This document shows positions 44,301 through 59,555 of a stretch of 64,000 nt of DNA, piece after piece. Both the position numbers and the translations under genes were made by a program. The notes under the pieces were generated by a model. It did not search any database, had not been told where the DNA came from, and worked only from the letters and a program-made list of their open reading frames with translations. The DNA is from Eledone cirrhosa (lineage: Eukaryota). The DNA lies in the NCBI GenBank assembly GCA_964016885.1, contig OZ024743.1, forward strand, positions 196,664,001 through 196,728,000. Reading direction: 5' to 3'. Numbering within the stretch: the stretch's first letter is position 1; each line of letters starts with the position of its first letter.

Positions 44301-46145
44301 TTCAGAGCATTTATTCCAATTTCTAATTTCTGCCGGACCGGCAACCGCTCTTTCAAACCAGTTCCAGTACACAGCTAAGTATTCTATAAGTCTCTAGCTG
44401 TGTCATTCTCGATAAAAGCACTGGATATGTAGTCCTGATGAATTCTAACAAGAATGAAACGCGTAGATTACTTCCCTTGCTTTTATCGAGAATCTAATTG
44501 TAATACGTGACGTATTCTATTCTATAGCGATTAGGTCTTCAAAATGTTTATTATAAACATACAGAATATTTTCGAATATTCTATGTCTATACTCACATAT
44601 ATATCGCTATTTCAGAGCATTTATTCCAATTTCTAATTTCTGCCGGACCGGCAACCGCTCTTTCAAACCAGTTCCAGTACACAGCTAAGTATTCTATAAG
44701 TCTCTAGCTGTGTCATTCTCGATAAAAGCACTGGATATGTAGTCCTGATGAATTCTAACAAGAATGAAACGCGTAGATTACTTCCCTTGCTTTTATCGAG
44801 AATCTAATTGTAATACGTGACGTATTCTATTCTATAGCGATTAGGTCTTCAAAATGTTTATTATAAACATACAGAATATTTTCGAATATTCTATGTCTAT
44901 ACTCACATATATATCGCTATTTCAGAGCATTTATTCCAATTTCTAATTTCTGCCGGACCGGCAACCGCTCTTTCAAACCAGTTCCAGTACACAGCTAAGT
45001 ATTCTATAAGTCTCTAGCTGTGTCATTCTCGATAAAAGCACTGGATATGTAGTCCTGATGAATTCTAACAAGAATGAAACGCGTAGATTACTTCCCTTGC
45101 TTTTATCGAGAATCTAATTGTAATACGTGACGTATTCTATTCTATAGCGATTAGGTCTTCAAAATGTTTATTATAAACATACAGAATATTTTCGAATATT
45201 CTATGTCTATACTCACATATATATCGCTATTTCAGAGCATTTATTCCAATTTCTAATTTCTGCCGGACCGGCAACCGCTCTTTCAAACCAGTTCCAGTAC
45301 ACAGCTAAGTATTCTATAAGTCTCTAGCTGTGTCATTCTCGATAAAAGCACTGGATATGTAGTCCTGATGAATTCTAACAAGAATGAAACGCGTAGATTA
45401 CTTCCCTTGCTTTTATCGAGAATCTAATTGTAATACGTGACGTATTCTATTCTATAGCGATTAGGTCTTCAAAATGTTTATTATAAACATACAGAATATT
45501 TTCGAATATTCTATGTCTATACTCACATATATATCGCTATTTCAGAGCATTTATTCCAATTTCTAATTTCTGCCGGACCGGCAACCGCTCTTTCAAACCA
45601 GTTCCAGTACACAGCTAAGTATTCTATAAGTCTCTAGCTGTGTCATTCTCGATAAAAGCACTGGATATGTAGTCCTGATGAATTCTAACAAGAATGAAAC
45701 GCGTAGATTACTTCCCTTGCTTTTATCGAGAATCTAATTGTAATACGTGACGTATTCTATTCTATAGCGATTAGGTCTTCAAAATGTTTATTATAAACAT
45801 ACAGAATATTTTCGAATATTCTATGTCTATACTCACATATATATCGCTATTTCAGAGCATTTATTCCAATTTCTAATTTCTGCCGGACCGGCAACCGCTC
45901 TTTCAAACCAGTTCCAGTACACAGCTAAGTATTCTATAAGTCTCTAGCTGTGTCATTCTCGATAAAAGCACTGGATATGTAGTCCTGATGAATTCTAACA
46001 AGAATGAAACGCGTAGATTACTTCCCTTGCTTTTATCGAGAATCTAATTGTAATACGTGACGTATTCTATTCTATAGCGATTAGGTCTTCAAAATGTTTA
46101 TTATAAACATACAGAATATTTTCGAATATTCTATGTCTATACTCA
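41378..46145. repeat. 310-bp tandem array in two inverted arms, one type I hammerhead per unit (non-LTR retrozyme-like)
   Basis: Left arm 41378-42997 (about 5.2 units, ribozyme on minus); right arm 42995-46145 (about 10.2 units, ribozyme on plus); no differences between units seen by eye; (TA)n at both ends. Confidence 0.95.
43166..43253 (+). ncRNA. Type I hammerhead ribozyme, representative array copy (10 on plus every 310 nt from 43189; 5 on minus from 41537)
   Basis: gtagtc-CTGATGA-attct-aaca-agaat-GAAA-cgcg-TA|gattac; stem I is extended past an internal loop by attctcgataaaagca/tgcttttatcgagaat. Confidence 0.9.
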
Positions 46146-47101
<956 letters not shown>

Positions 47102-47103
<2 letters not shown>

Positions 47104-47253
47104 CAACATGCATAGTTAAGCGGAGTTTGACAAGCACTATAAAAAAAATTATAAATCTGTAGTCAGTTTCGAACCAGCCCCATGTCATAAACATATATAT
47201 ATGCATTTGATTATTAGCTATTTACTTTTTCCACGAACTTTTTGAACTCCCTC

Positions 47254-47254
<1 letters not shown>
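47102..47254 (-). mobile_element. Mariner-like terminal fragment; inverted near-identical copy at 49928-50080
   Basis: Ends ...tttttccacgaactttttgaactccctcg-TA, related to the TIR of 31147-31678. Confidence 0.7.
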
Positions 47255-47329
<75 letters not shown>

Positions 47330-47334
<5 letters not shown>

Positions 47335-48593
47335 ATTAAAATAACAGATTAAAGTTTAAGCAAAGAATCGCTGCTTTCACACTTAACGGGATCTTCTGAA
47401 ACTAACAAAGTCAATCTGTAAACGCAGAACTGGATATTTCAAAAAAACGTTGCAACCGGAGGAAGATAGGAAGACGATACTTTGGTTTGTGGTAACGTTC
47501 GCTGGCAAAGAACGGGAAAAAACGAATAATACGTCATTAATAGGAGCGGTGAAAAACAATTACGCGCAAAGACATAACCACGTTTATGGTATAAAAGAGG
47601 TCGTAGACTAATGTTCTCTTAGGTGGTGCATAGAGACGTTCTCTGGCAATGAACGAAAAAACGAAGATAATAAGTCATATGTGGAGCGTGGGGAACAATA
47701 GCACGCAAAGATAAAACTACGTAAATGGTATAGCAGAAATCGTAGACTAAAATTCTAACTAGGAGACCAAATGAATCTCCGCTACAGAGTTAAGAACAAA
47801 GTAAATAAATACAATACAGAAGTAATAGAAACAAATAAATACATACACGCAAACAGATACGTACATACACAAGCATACGCAAAACCTTACCATGGGTATA
47901 CAAAACCACGCACATATAAATATGTGTGTGTGTGTGTGTATGCTTGTGTACAAATAAATAAATAATTATATAAACGTATATAAGTAAATAAATACGTATA
48001 TAACAAGCGCACACGCATACCTACATATAAATACACGAATGTTCGGAGACGTAAGTCAACTAAAACAAGAAGTACACATATACACACACCCACCATACGT
48101 ACGAACCTGCACACTCACGCGGACGCAAAACTCCCGTATACACATAGCCAAACCCTAAATACCAAAATATGTAAAAATTATACGCTATAACAGTCAAATA
48201 TACGTGCGAGAAGGTATACATACCTTCACAAAACATACGGGTAATATATACTTACCTATGCAAATAAGTAGAGGAATAAACAAAACATATACTTAGCTCC
48301 CACATCAAGACGTAAAATATCCACGTATAGATCGTGCTATCCGTTAGGGTATAACGTGGGGCTGTAATACAGGAAAGTTTTGTGCAATTTATGTTTACAA
48401 GCCGAAATTGCCTCAGATTTTTTGATTGACTTTGTTAGTTTCAGAAGATCCCGTTAAGGGTGAAAGCAGCGATTCTTTGCTTAAACTTTAATCTGTTATT
48501 TTAATAAATATTTGCTCTACGGTTCTTATATATTTGATATATATTTTCCTTATCGAGCCCTCTTTGGATTTTAGTCTTCAATTTTATTATTAT

Positions 48594-48595
<2 letters not shown>
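47330..48595 (+). mobile_element. PLE-type insert with 85-bp inverted 5' copy and a variant hammerhead at 48437-48487
   Basis: 47332-47416 is the reverse complement of 48424-48509; agttt-CAGAAGA-t-ccc-gttaa-ggg-t-GAAA-gca..tgc-TT-aaact. Confidence 0.65.
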
Positions 48596-48661
<66 letters not shown>

Positions 48662-48674
48662 TATATATATATGT

Positions 48675-48953
48675 ATATAATGAAATGACAGGAGGCTGGA
48701 TTTGTGTAAATCCTTGAAAGTTTATTATACTATGATCATTTCAATGACCGGGTTCATACGGAACCCGGTCATTGAAATGATCATAGTATAATAAACTTTC
48801 AAGGATTTACACAAATCCAGCCTCCTGTCATTTCATTATAATATTTAACTCCGTAATAGCACCACCAACTACAAAAACAAAGACGGTTGAACTGCCTTAC
48901 GTTGAGTACTCTCTATATTATTGCATTACGATTGACCATACGGAATAGACCAG

Positions 48954-48960
<7 letters not shown>
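48675..48960 (+). mobile_element. Palindromic PLE-type insert; further inverted copy at 49711-49913
   Basis: Perfect arms of about 80 bp around atacg (48756-48760); contains GAAA-tgatca-TA (hammerhead 3' half). Confidence 0.7.
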
Positions 48961-49042
<82 letters not shown>

Positions 49043-49055
49043 TACATATATATAT

Positions 49056-49128
<73 letters not shown>

Positions 49129-49139
49129 TACATATATAT

Positions 49140-49290
<151 letters not shown>

Positions 49291-49337
49291 AATAATGGAG
49301 CTGCGGCGCTGCAAATGGGTTACATATGAAAAAGTTT

Positions 49338-49411
49338 GTCCTCATCAGTGGCCTTCCAACCGTCGTAGGCATTTCGTCGCATTAAAGGCCATATACCTCA
49401 GGTTGGTGCGA
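49338..49411 (-). ncRNA. Non-circularly permuted hammerhead candidate (copy C) in palindromic insert 49287-49595
   Basis: tcgca-ccaacc-tg-aggta-TA|tggcctt-taa-tgcga-c-GAAA-tgcct-acgac-ggttgg-aaggcca-CTGATGA-g; the inverted copy at 49530-49585 has lost the GAAA segment. Confidence 0.75.
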
Positions 49412-49590
49412 GCAACGGCTAAAAAAAGTCGTTGGGACACGTAAATAAGGGGGACGCTAGGGTAAACAAACAAAATGGTTTAAGCGTCCCCCTTATTTAC
49501 GTGTCCCAACGACTTTTTTTAGCCGTTGCTCGCACCAACCTGAGGTATATGGCCTACGACGGTTGGAAGACCACTGATGAGGACAAACTT

Positions 49591-49679
<89 letters not shown>

Positions 49680-50295
49680 TATATTTATTCAGGTTTGAGG
49701 TTCACCACTGTATAGAGCTGGTCTATTCCGTATGGTCAATCGTAATGCAATAATATAGAGAGTACTCAACGTAAGGCAGTTCAACCGTCTTTGTTTTTGT
49801 AGTTGGTGGTGCTATTACGGAGTTAAATATTATAATGAAATGACAGGAGGCTGGATTTGTGTAAATCCTTGAAAGGTTTATTATACTATGATCATTTCAA
49901 TGACCGGGTTCCGTATATATATATATACGAGGGGGTTCAAAAAGTTCGTGGAAAAAGTAAATAGCTAATAATCAAATGCATATATATATGTTTATGACAT
50001 GGGGCTGGTTCGAAACTGACTACAGATTTATAATTTTTTTTATAGTGCTTGTCAAATTCCGCTTAACTATGCATGTTGTGTTTCTGGCAGAAAAGCAGTT
50101 CGAAACCATATAGAAAATATTTTTTAGTACAGAGGTAGACTGGCCATATGATGATTTGAACAATGGCCAGTGTGTCGCTGGGCTGGCTAAAAAACAACAA
50201 CAATAAATAAGCTGCTAAAAACATATTAATAAACAATGGGCCGTCTTCGTAGGAAACGGATACCCGTCGGTTTTACGACATAGTCTGTTGCTTTA

Positions 50296-50356
<61 letters not shown>

Positions 50357-50571
50357 CATTTATATATATGTATATGAATATATATATATATAGTATATAT
50401 ATATATAGAGAGAGAGAGAGAGTGACAACTAACCACGTGAGTACTCGATACATGGGTATAGAGATATGTAAAATCTCGACCGGGGCGCCAGGTTTTCTAT
50501 GAGACAAGACTATGTGTGTGTGTGCGTGTGTGTGTGTAGACACACACACACACACAAACATATATATGTAT

Positions 50572-51645
<1,074 letters not shown>

Positions 51646-52067
51646 GTTTTTTACTTTTCCAATATATATATATGTGTGTGTGTGTGTGTGTATAAAATTA
51701 ACTTTGACTCTGATGTTTTAACTTGATAACAGTTGAGGAAACTATTTCTTGTGTCATCCCTCCATCGAAGGAGAAGCATTTATTCCTTTTTTTCTAATGG
51801 TTAGAATATATGTGGCTCGTTATACCTGCATACCCATAGATTTCTCCACTAACTGCAGCAGTTGTGTCAACCCATTGCAGAATTAATAGTTGGTCATCTG
51901 CGAAGCTACAGGTGTTCACGACGCCAAGGTCGTCTAATTAAACTGATGTTCCCCGTATGAATTACTGCTTACAATGACTGGTCCATTGTAAAGGAAAGTA
52001 ACAGCTGAGAAGCTTTAAGAAAAAGATTATATCTACATATGAAACCCTTGCATATAATGAATGTAGG

Positions 52068-52370
52068 CAAGGTCGGATATATAAGGGAAACGGGGGCCAA
52101 TTGCCCCGGGTCCCCTACAGTGGGGGGGGGGGCACCAGTGACGGCCGTACCAATTTATTTGTGTCCTCAACTGGGCTTTTTAGTTTTAGGATGGTTAGAA
52201 TTTTTTTGAATTTAATACTTGTATGTATAAGTTATCAATACTAATTAGTTGCACCAAGCTAACTTTGATATGTAAAATTGGGAGGTTTGCTGTGTATTCC
52301 AATTTCTTGTGTATGAGGGGACCCCCAAGCATGAAGTGCCCGGGCACCCCAAGGTCTAAACCCGACCCTG
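52068..52370. mobile_element. hAT-like MITE
   Basis: TIR caaggtcgg/ccgaccctg, GC-rich subtermini, flanks aatgtagg/ggtgtagg (6 of 8 match, likely 8-bp TSD). Confidence 0.65.
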
Positions 52371-52571
52371 GGTGTAGGTGTTTGCCAAAATTACATCACC
52401 TGTCTTCTTGTTAACAACCCTTTCCCCAATCCCTTCCTCCCCCCTCTCTTTTTTATCACCCATTCTCGTTGGGCCTTTCTACAGAGAGGAATCAATAGAT
52501 TGAAGGGTACACAAACAAGGGCTATGTGATCATGAGATTAGAAATTTCAATAATTTATTCAAAGTTTACAG

Positions 52572-52719
52572 CACCATCATATACCACCGCCATCACAACC
52601 ACCACATAACCGCCGCCGCCACACCACTATCACCAACACTACTACTACCACGACCACCACTACCACCACCACCACCACCACCACCACATCACCGCCGCCG
52701 CCACACAACCAATACCACC

Positions 52720-52766
<47 letters not shown>

Positions 52767-52768
52767 AG
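52572..52768 (+). repeat. (ACC)n/(ACT)n microsatellite
   Basis: Visible. Confidence 0.9.
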
Positions 52769-53589
52769 TACACAAATGCAATACAAGAAAACAACATAGA
52801 AACTACAACATTCACCATGATTAAGAACAGTGCTGTTGTAGTTTGTAACATAGGGAATGGGTTTTTTTCACATATAATATATTCTTTGGTATGCTGAATA
52901 TTTTAGTTTTCAAGCTGAAAACCAACACATAAATCTGATATAACAGTATGCAAGATAACTTTACAGAGGCGTACATTAAAAAACATTTTCATTGTAGCTA
53001 AGCAGTTTTTTTTTTTCTTTTTGGCAACAAAACAAGCGAACTCTCACGAAGATTAACGAACACAGAAATTGGTCAATCCGAAAACCATGTAAGTTCTTTA
53101 AGATTATGTCATTCCACAGCAAGACTAAATATATATTTTAAGCATATAATTATTCTTCGGTATATACATATTTTATGTGAGTAAATCTTATTCCGTTAAA
53201 ACAACATTCAAACTACATACTTTGCTATAAGTCAATATCTTTGGTATGTTTGAGCCTCCGCTATTTATGGTGCAATTTTCGTAATCATTTGTTATATTTG
53301 GGGGGGGGGGGGGCATGATCTCCTATTATTGTCAAAAATAGTTAAACACTGTTTAGCTTCGTTTTCACTTTGGTATATTTTTATATTTTTATAAATAATT
53401 TAGCTGCCAATCAATGTTTATATCATTGATTGACAAACAGTTAAAAATATAAGTATATAAAAACGTAAATAATTTAGCTGGCAATCAATATTTATCATTG
53501 ATTGCCAGCTAAATTATTTATAAAAATATAAAAATATACTGAAGCGAAAACCATACAAAACAGTGAGTGTGTTTTATTATTTTTGGCAA

Positions 53590-54040
53590 AAGTCGATTAA
53601 ATCGACCCCATTACATTACTGATACTTTACTTTAACCACCCCGTAAGGATGAAAGACAAAGCTAATCTCGGCGGGATTTGAACTCAGAACGTAAAGGGTC
53701 ATAACTCTATACTGCAAAGCATGGTGTCTGACGCTCTACCGATACTGCCAATCCACCGCCCTACCCTTCCCAAATATAACAATATCTGTTTCAACACACG
53801 ATTTCATATCAAAAACCTTGCAAAACAAATACATCGTCGCTTTCTTAATAATTGTTTCTACTTTTGGCACAAGGCCAGCAATCACCCAGTACATTACTGG
53901 TACTTTATTTTATGGACCCCGTAAGGATGAAAGGCAAAGTTAACCTCGACGGGATTTGAACTCAAACCGTAAAGGGACGTAACTATGCTAGAAAGCATGG
54001 CGTCCAACCCTCTACTGATACTGCCAATTCACCGCCCTTA
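53590..54040 (-). mobile_element. Two family 1 SINE copies; the first interrupts a dispersed repeat also seen at 15335 and 18980
   Basis: SINE core motifs; the host repeat halves aacagtgagtgtgttttattat and cccaaatataacaat..acacacgatttcat are contiguous in the other copies. Confidence 0.8.
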
Positions 54041-54786
54041 ATAATGTTACCTTAAAAAATACCGTTATCAGAACAATTCTTGACTTTACTACATTTATTT
54101 AGTGGTTTATTTCCTATTTGAAAACAAAAACAAAACAGTTTCATTCCTTCCTTTAATGGAACATACATGTTTTGGTTTCTGATACAGAAACAAAAAGGAG
54201 TTCGATCAATTGATCATTTGTGCTCCTTAGAATAATCACTTTTCCCTTATTTAATTTTCAGACAGCCGAACCGAATTCAAAATTCAGGCCGGAGTTTGGA
54301 GTTTTCACACTACATACGTTACTAAAGTCCTACGGAAACAATTAAACTACGTCATGGCATTCTGGCTCCATAGCTTTTGTAGTCCTTTCGTCTACTTTCC
54401 TACACAGCCAGATCTACCCTTCTTTACTGCTCCCCCATTAATAAACACCGTATAATTTTCTAATAACTCAGCGACAGTCTTGGAAGGGGGAAAATAGAGC
54501 TTCGCTATTCTGTGAAGATCAAAGCTTTCAGTAGAACCAACGATCTAAAGAGTATCGTATTATTAATAGAAATATTTTGTAAATGAACAGAAACCAAGTA
54601 GGAATAACTGCCCCGCCCTAACTATTTCGTAGTAAAACACAGCAAAAGTACTATTTTCAATTAATTCGCCCCTTTCATCTTAAAATACAACTTTATCCTT
54701 GTTATTTCTTTAAAGTTGTTCTGATCAAGTCAACCTAAGATACGAGGCAATATAGCTTTGAACATCCAGTTTTTAATTCAAACATA

Positions 54787-54957
54787 ATTGTTTCTACGTT
54801 AGGCACAATGCATTACTGGTACTTTATTTTATCGACCCCGTAAGGATGAAAAGCAAAGTTAACCTCGGCGGGATTTGAACTCAGAATAGCAAGGGCCGTA
54901 ATTCTATGCGTCAAAGCATGGCGTCCGACCCTCTACCAATACTGCCAATCCACCGCC
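54787..54957 (-). mobile_element. Family 1 SINE with target-site duplication
   Basis: Flanked by the direct repeat aattcaaacataat (54775 and 54958). Confidence 0.88.
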
Positions 54958-56117
54958 AATTCAAACATAATGTATTTAAGACTGCATTATACAACCTGCT
55001 ATTTCCTTTTTCAGACAATCACGTGATTTAAGAGAGAATTGGCTGCTTTTTCTAGCAAGCTGAGCTACTTATTGAGGTTCTTCTGTTGGGTCGCCAAGGG
55101 GGAGGTTGATACAGGCCGAGAAAGCAAACCCATTTATGTGATGATTCAGATGTTAAAAGACAGAATTTTAAGTGACATAAATAAAAGTATCTCAGTACTT
55201 AACAGGTGTGGGAAGCAAGAAGACGGAGCGTGAGGGCATTTAATAAGCTGTTTATGACAATCTAATGTGTTTTCTTGCTATCGTTCATTATTTATTAGTA
55301 GAAACAATTATTTATTATGATAGTCTGGGGTGGGAGCAATATCAAAACACATCTGGAAATTGTCAACAGAGAGCAGAATATTTTACTTCTTAACATCACT
55401 ATCGGCGTTATGTACCAGTAGTTCCTCAGTTTTCTTTTTCTGCTTACGCCTCAACAAGAAAAATAGTATTTTTTTCTTCTTTTTAATAGGCACGAAGCTT
55501 GAAATATTTACGCTAAGGGAAATATGTAATTGTGACCTTCATACATTTCCAAAAAAAACATTAGCGACGTTAGAATTGCTTACTTTCGTAGCCTGGAATT
55601 TATTGTATAGTTTTTCTGCCACCCAGTAAGAAAATAGTGCTAACCTTGCTGCTGACTTTTCAAAGAAAACCTCTGAAACTAGGATATCTTTGGCTGTTTG
55701 CAAATATAGGGTTATGTTTGGATAACATGGCAACTATGACCTAAATAAATATTATTCATTTTCACGGTTATGAAAGACAAGGATAAAAAAATAGTATGAG
55801 CATAGTTAATGCCATATATTTGATGCCTAAAGAAGATATCGAGGTATTTTGTGTTACTACATAGATTATGTTATTGTTATTGTTGTCATTGATGCTGGTT
55901 GTTGGAACATTACAGAATTGTCTTCAAAGCTTTCTATATTCAAGTCCATAGTTACATTGCTACTAGTTCGAGTTTAAACAAGATCAATATTACCTTTGTT
56001 GTTTCATTGATAATTAAAATAATAGTAGTACTGATGTAGAGTGAAATGGTTTGAAGAAACACTATTTCAATACCAGACGTACTGTTGTGGAGGATTTACG
56101 TATCCTTATTTTGAAAT

Positions 56118-56578
56118 CGTGGATTGGCAGTATCGGTAGATGGTCGGACACCGTGCTTTGCAGCATAGAGTTATGGCCCTTTATGATCTGAGTTCAAATT
56201 CCGCCGAGGTTAACTTTGCCTTTCATCCTTACGGGTTCGATAAAATAAAGTATCTGTCACGCACTGGGGTCAATTTAATCGACTTTCCATTCCCCCAAAA
56301 TTATTGACCTTGTGCCTATATAAAAAACCATTATTTTGAAACCGTGAAGGTGCGAGGTTTCAATCGTAAAGTTGTGAGTTCGATTCTAGGCGGCGCGTTG
56401 TGTCCTTGAGCAAGACACTTTATTTCCCGTTGCTCCAGTCCACTCAGCAGTACCTGCAATTTGAAGGTCCAGCCTTGTCACATTCTATGTCAAACTGAAT
56501 CTTCCTGAGAACTACTTTAAGGGTACGCTTGTCTATGGAATGTTCAGCCACTTGCATGTTAATTTCACGAGCAAGCTG
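56118..56578 (+). mobile_element. Family 1 SINE followed by a family 2 tRNA-derived SINE
   Basis: Family 1 at 56118-56335; family 2 has B box gagttcgattc and a tgtgtccttgagcaagacacttta CORE-like segment. Confidence 0.8.
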
Positions 56579-58044
56579 GTGGTAGTGTTGGTGATGGTGT
56601 AGGTGGTGGTGGTGTTGGTGGTGGTGGTGTAGGTGTTGGTGTTAGTAGTGGTGTTAGTGTTGGTGGTGGTGTAGGTGGTGGTGGTGTTGTTGGTATTGTT
56701 GGTGGTGGTGTTGGTGGTGTTGTTGTTGTTGGTGGTGGTGGTGGTGTTGGTGGTGTTGGTGTTGGTGCTGTTGGTGGTGGTGGTGTAGGTGGTGTTGGTG
56801 GTGTTGGTGTTGGTGGTGGTATAGGTGGTGGTATTGGTGTTGGTGGTGGTGGTGTTGGTTGTGGTCTTGTTGATGGTGGTGGTCTTGTTGGTGCTGTTGT
56901 TAGTGGTGGTGGTGGTGTAGGTGATGGTGGTGTTGGTATTGGTGGTGGTGGTGTTGGTGGTGTTTGTGTTGGTGGTGGTGTAGGTGGTGGTGGTGGTGTT
57001 GGTGGTGGTGTAAGTGGTGGTGGTGTAGGTGGTGGTGGTGTTGGTGGTGGTGGTGGTGTAGGTGGTGGTGGTGTTGGTGTTGGTGGTGATGTTGGTGATG
57101 GTTGTGTTGGTGATGTTGGTGTTGGTGGTGGTGTTGGTGGTGGTCTTGTTGGTGTTGTTGTTAGTGGTGGTGTTGGTGGTGTTGGTGGTGGTGTTGGTGT
57201 TGGTGGTGTTGGTGTTGGTGGTGATGTTGGTGGTGTTGGTGGTGTTGGTGTTGGTGGTGTTGGTGGCGGTGTTGTTGGTGATGGTGGTGTTGGTGTCGGT
57301 GGTGTTGGTGGTGGTGGTAGTGGAGGTGGTGTAGGTGGTGTTGGTGGTGTTGGTGTTGGTGGTGTTGCTGCTGGTTGTGTTGGTGGTGCTGGTGGTGTTG
57401 GTGGTGGTGTTGGTGGTGTTGGTGGTGGTGGTGTTGGTGTTGGTAGTGTTGGTGTTGGTGGTGGTGGTGTTGGTGGTGTCGTTGTTGGTGATGGCGGTGT
57501 TGGTGGTGGTGGTGGTGGTGGTGGTGGTGGCGGTGGTGGTGGTGTTGGTGGTGGCGTTGTAGGTGGTGTGTTGGTGGTGGTGTAGGTGGTAGTGTAGGTG
57601 GTGTTGGTGGTGGTGTTGTTGGTATTGGTGGTGTTGGTGGTGGTGTCGGTGGTGTTGGTGGTGGTGGTGGTGGTGTAAGTGGTGGTGGTGTAGGTGGTGG
57701 TGGTGGTGGTGGTGGTGGTGTAGGTGGTGGTGTAGGTGGTGGTGGTGTAGGTGTCGGTGGTGTTGGTGGTGATGTTGGTGATGATTGTGTTGGTGGTGAT
57801 GTTGGTGTTGGTGGTGGTGTTGGTGGTGGTCTTGTTGGTACTGTTGTTAGTGGTGGTGTTGGTGGTGTTGGTGGTGGTGTTGGTGTTGGTGTTGGTGGTG
57901 ATGTTGGTGGTGTTGGTGTTGGTGTTGGTGGTGTAGGTGTTGGTGGCGGTGTTGTTGGTGATGGTGGTGTTGGTGGTGTTGGTGGTGGTGGTGGTGGTGG
58001 TGGTGGTGGTGGTGTAGGTGGTGTTGGTGGTGGTGTAGGTGGTG
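56577..58044 (+). repeat. Compound GGT/GTT/GTA trinucleotide satellite
   Basis: Visible; frame slips; source of the poly-Pro/Thr/Val ORFs. Confidence 0.95.
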
Positions 58045-58788
58045 AATATATAAATTAAAAAAGAAATCCCCACACGATATGGAGTAATAATTATAAACAC
58101 CTGTAAATGCGTAAAAACTCCTTTCATATCAAATTAAATCTTTTGGACATTTAGGCCATTTCCGGTCAACATAAATGACGTATGATCACTTACAGTCACT
58201 TGGTGTATGGTCACTTCACTTACAATCACTTGACATCCTTTTATTGCTTTCTTTGTTGTTTGAAACTTGGTAACCATTTGCTAACAATTGTTTTGTTTTT
58301 CTTTTGTTATTTTATAGTTTATTTCACTTCCATTTAAGTCGTCGACGTTGTTGTTGTTGTTGTTGTTGCTGTTGCTGGAGATGTTGTTGTTGTTGTTGTC
58401 TTTGTCGTCGTTGTTATTGTTGCCGGAGTTACTGTTGTTGTTGTTGTTGTTGTCTTTGTCGTTTTCGTCGTCGTTGTTGTTGTTAAAAAGACCTATGCTG
58501 AAAAGCATTGCAGCCGTGTCCTTTTTCGTCTTTATGTATATCTATAACTACATTATCTAGTGTTTCTTTATTTCGTAAGACAAGGAAGTCTAGTTTCAGG
58601 GAGATTCGACTGCTATTTCTAGCTGGTCGACCTCCTCTCAGGTATGACAACATCTGAACAGAGACTGACAGAATCTCTGCTGGACCTCACAACAGGTTGT
58701 CCATGGAACAAGTTGTACTTCACCTAGCAAGAGGTGAGAAGGCCCTGGATCTCTGTTTTACAAATGACGTGGTGCTCATTCACTTTAA

Positions 58789-59084
58789 CCCTTAAGCATT
58801 TAAACAGGCCATATCCGGCCAGAATTCTTTTACCTCATTCAATTCAAACTGGCCGTAACTGGCCACTCATACTTATGTTAAGGTATTGTTCTCAAAATAA
58901 ATAATATCAAAATCTCATAGATTCGATATTATGTGAGATAATTTGCCTTTACCGCAAAAAAACGATAGTAGATATAGATTAATTGTTTCTACTTTTGGCA
59001 CAAGGCCAGCAATTACTCAGTACATTACTAGTACTTTATTTTATCGACCCCGTAAGGATATAGATTAATGCAAACGCTAAAGGG
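58789..59084. mobile_element. piggyBac-like MITE with a nested truncated SINE
   Basis: TTAA-cccttaagcattt...aaacgctaaaggg-TTAA; the inner SINE 3' part is flanked by duplicated gatatagattaat. Confidence 0.75.
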
Positions 59085-59225
59085 TTAAGGCTCTCCCTTT
59101 ATTATGCCGTTTTTGTCGTTATTTACCCTGATTAGTATTAGCAGGTCTATGATCAAAAGCGTTCTAGGCATGCTAATCTCACCTTTCTTGTTTCAGACAT
59201 TGTATTTGGAACATTATCTAATATG

Positions 59226-59555
59226 TCGGTGGATTGGCAGTATCGGTAGAGGTTCGGACGCTATTTTTTGACGCATAGAGTTACGGCCCTTGCCATTCTG
59301 AGTTCGATTCCCGCCGCGGTTAACTTTGCCTTTCATCCTTACGGGGTCGATAAAATAAAGTACCAGTAATGCACTGGGTAATTGCTGGCCTTGTGCCACA
59401 AAGTAGAAACAATTATTTCATCTAGCAAAGAGTTACGTCCTTTTACCAACTGAGGTTAACTTTGCCTTTCATCCTTACGGGGTCGATAAAATAAAGTACC
59501 AGTAATGCAGTGGATAATTGCTGGCCATGTGCCTATGGTAGAAACCATTATTATT
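59226..59555 (+). mobile_element. Family 1 SINE plus tandem partial copy
   Basis: A box, B box gagttcgattccc and core twice. Confidence 0.85.

Noticed and set aside
41378-46145. CRISPR array or rDNA/snRNA tandem
   Set aside because: No variable spacers, eukaryotic context, and no recognisable 5S, snRNA or tRNA sequence.
54260-55750. Possible host exons in comparatively unique sequence
   Set aside because: Short ORFs with no recognisable motif and no exon chain I can support.
56565-58127. 520-aa Pro/Thr-rich extensin-like ORF
   Set aside because: Translation of the GGT/GTT satellite; the amino acid changes follow frame slips.
59226-59320. tRNA genes at A-box/B-box motifs
   Set aside because: They are SINE heads continuing into a shared core and tail, with no complete cloverleaf.
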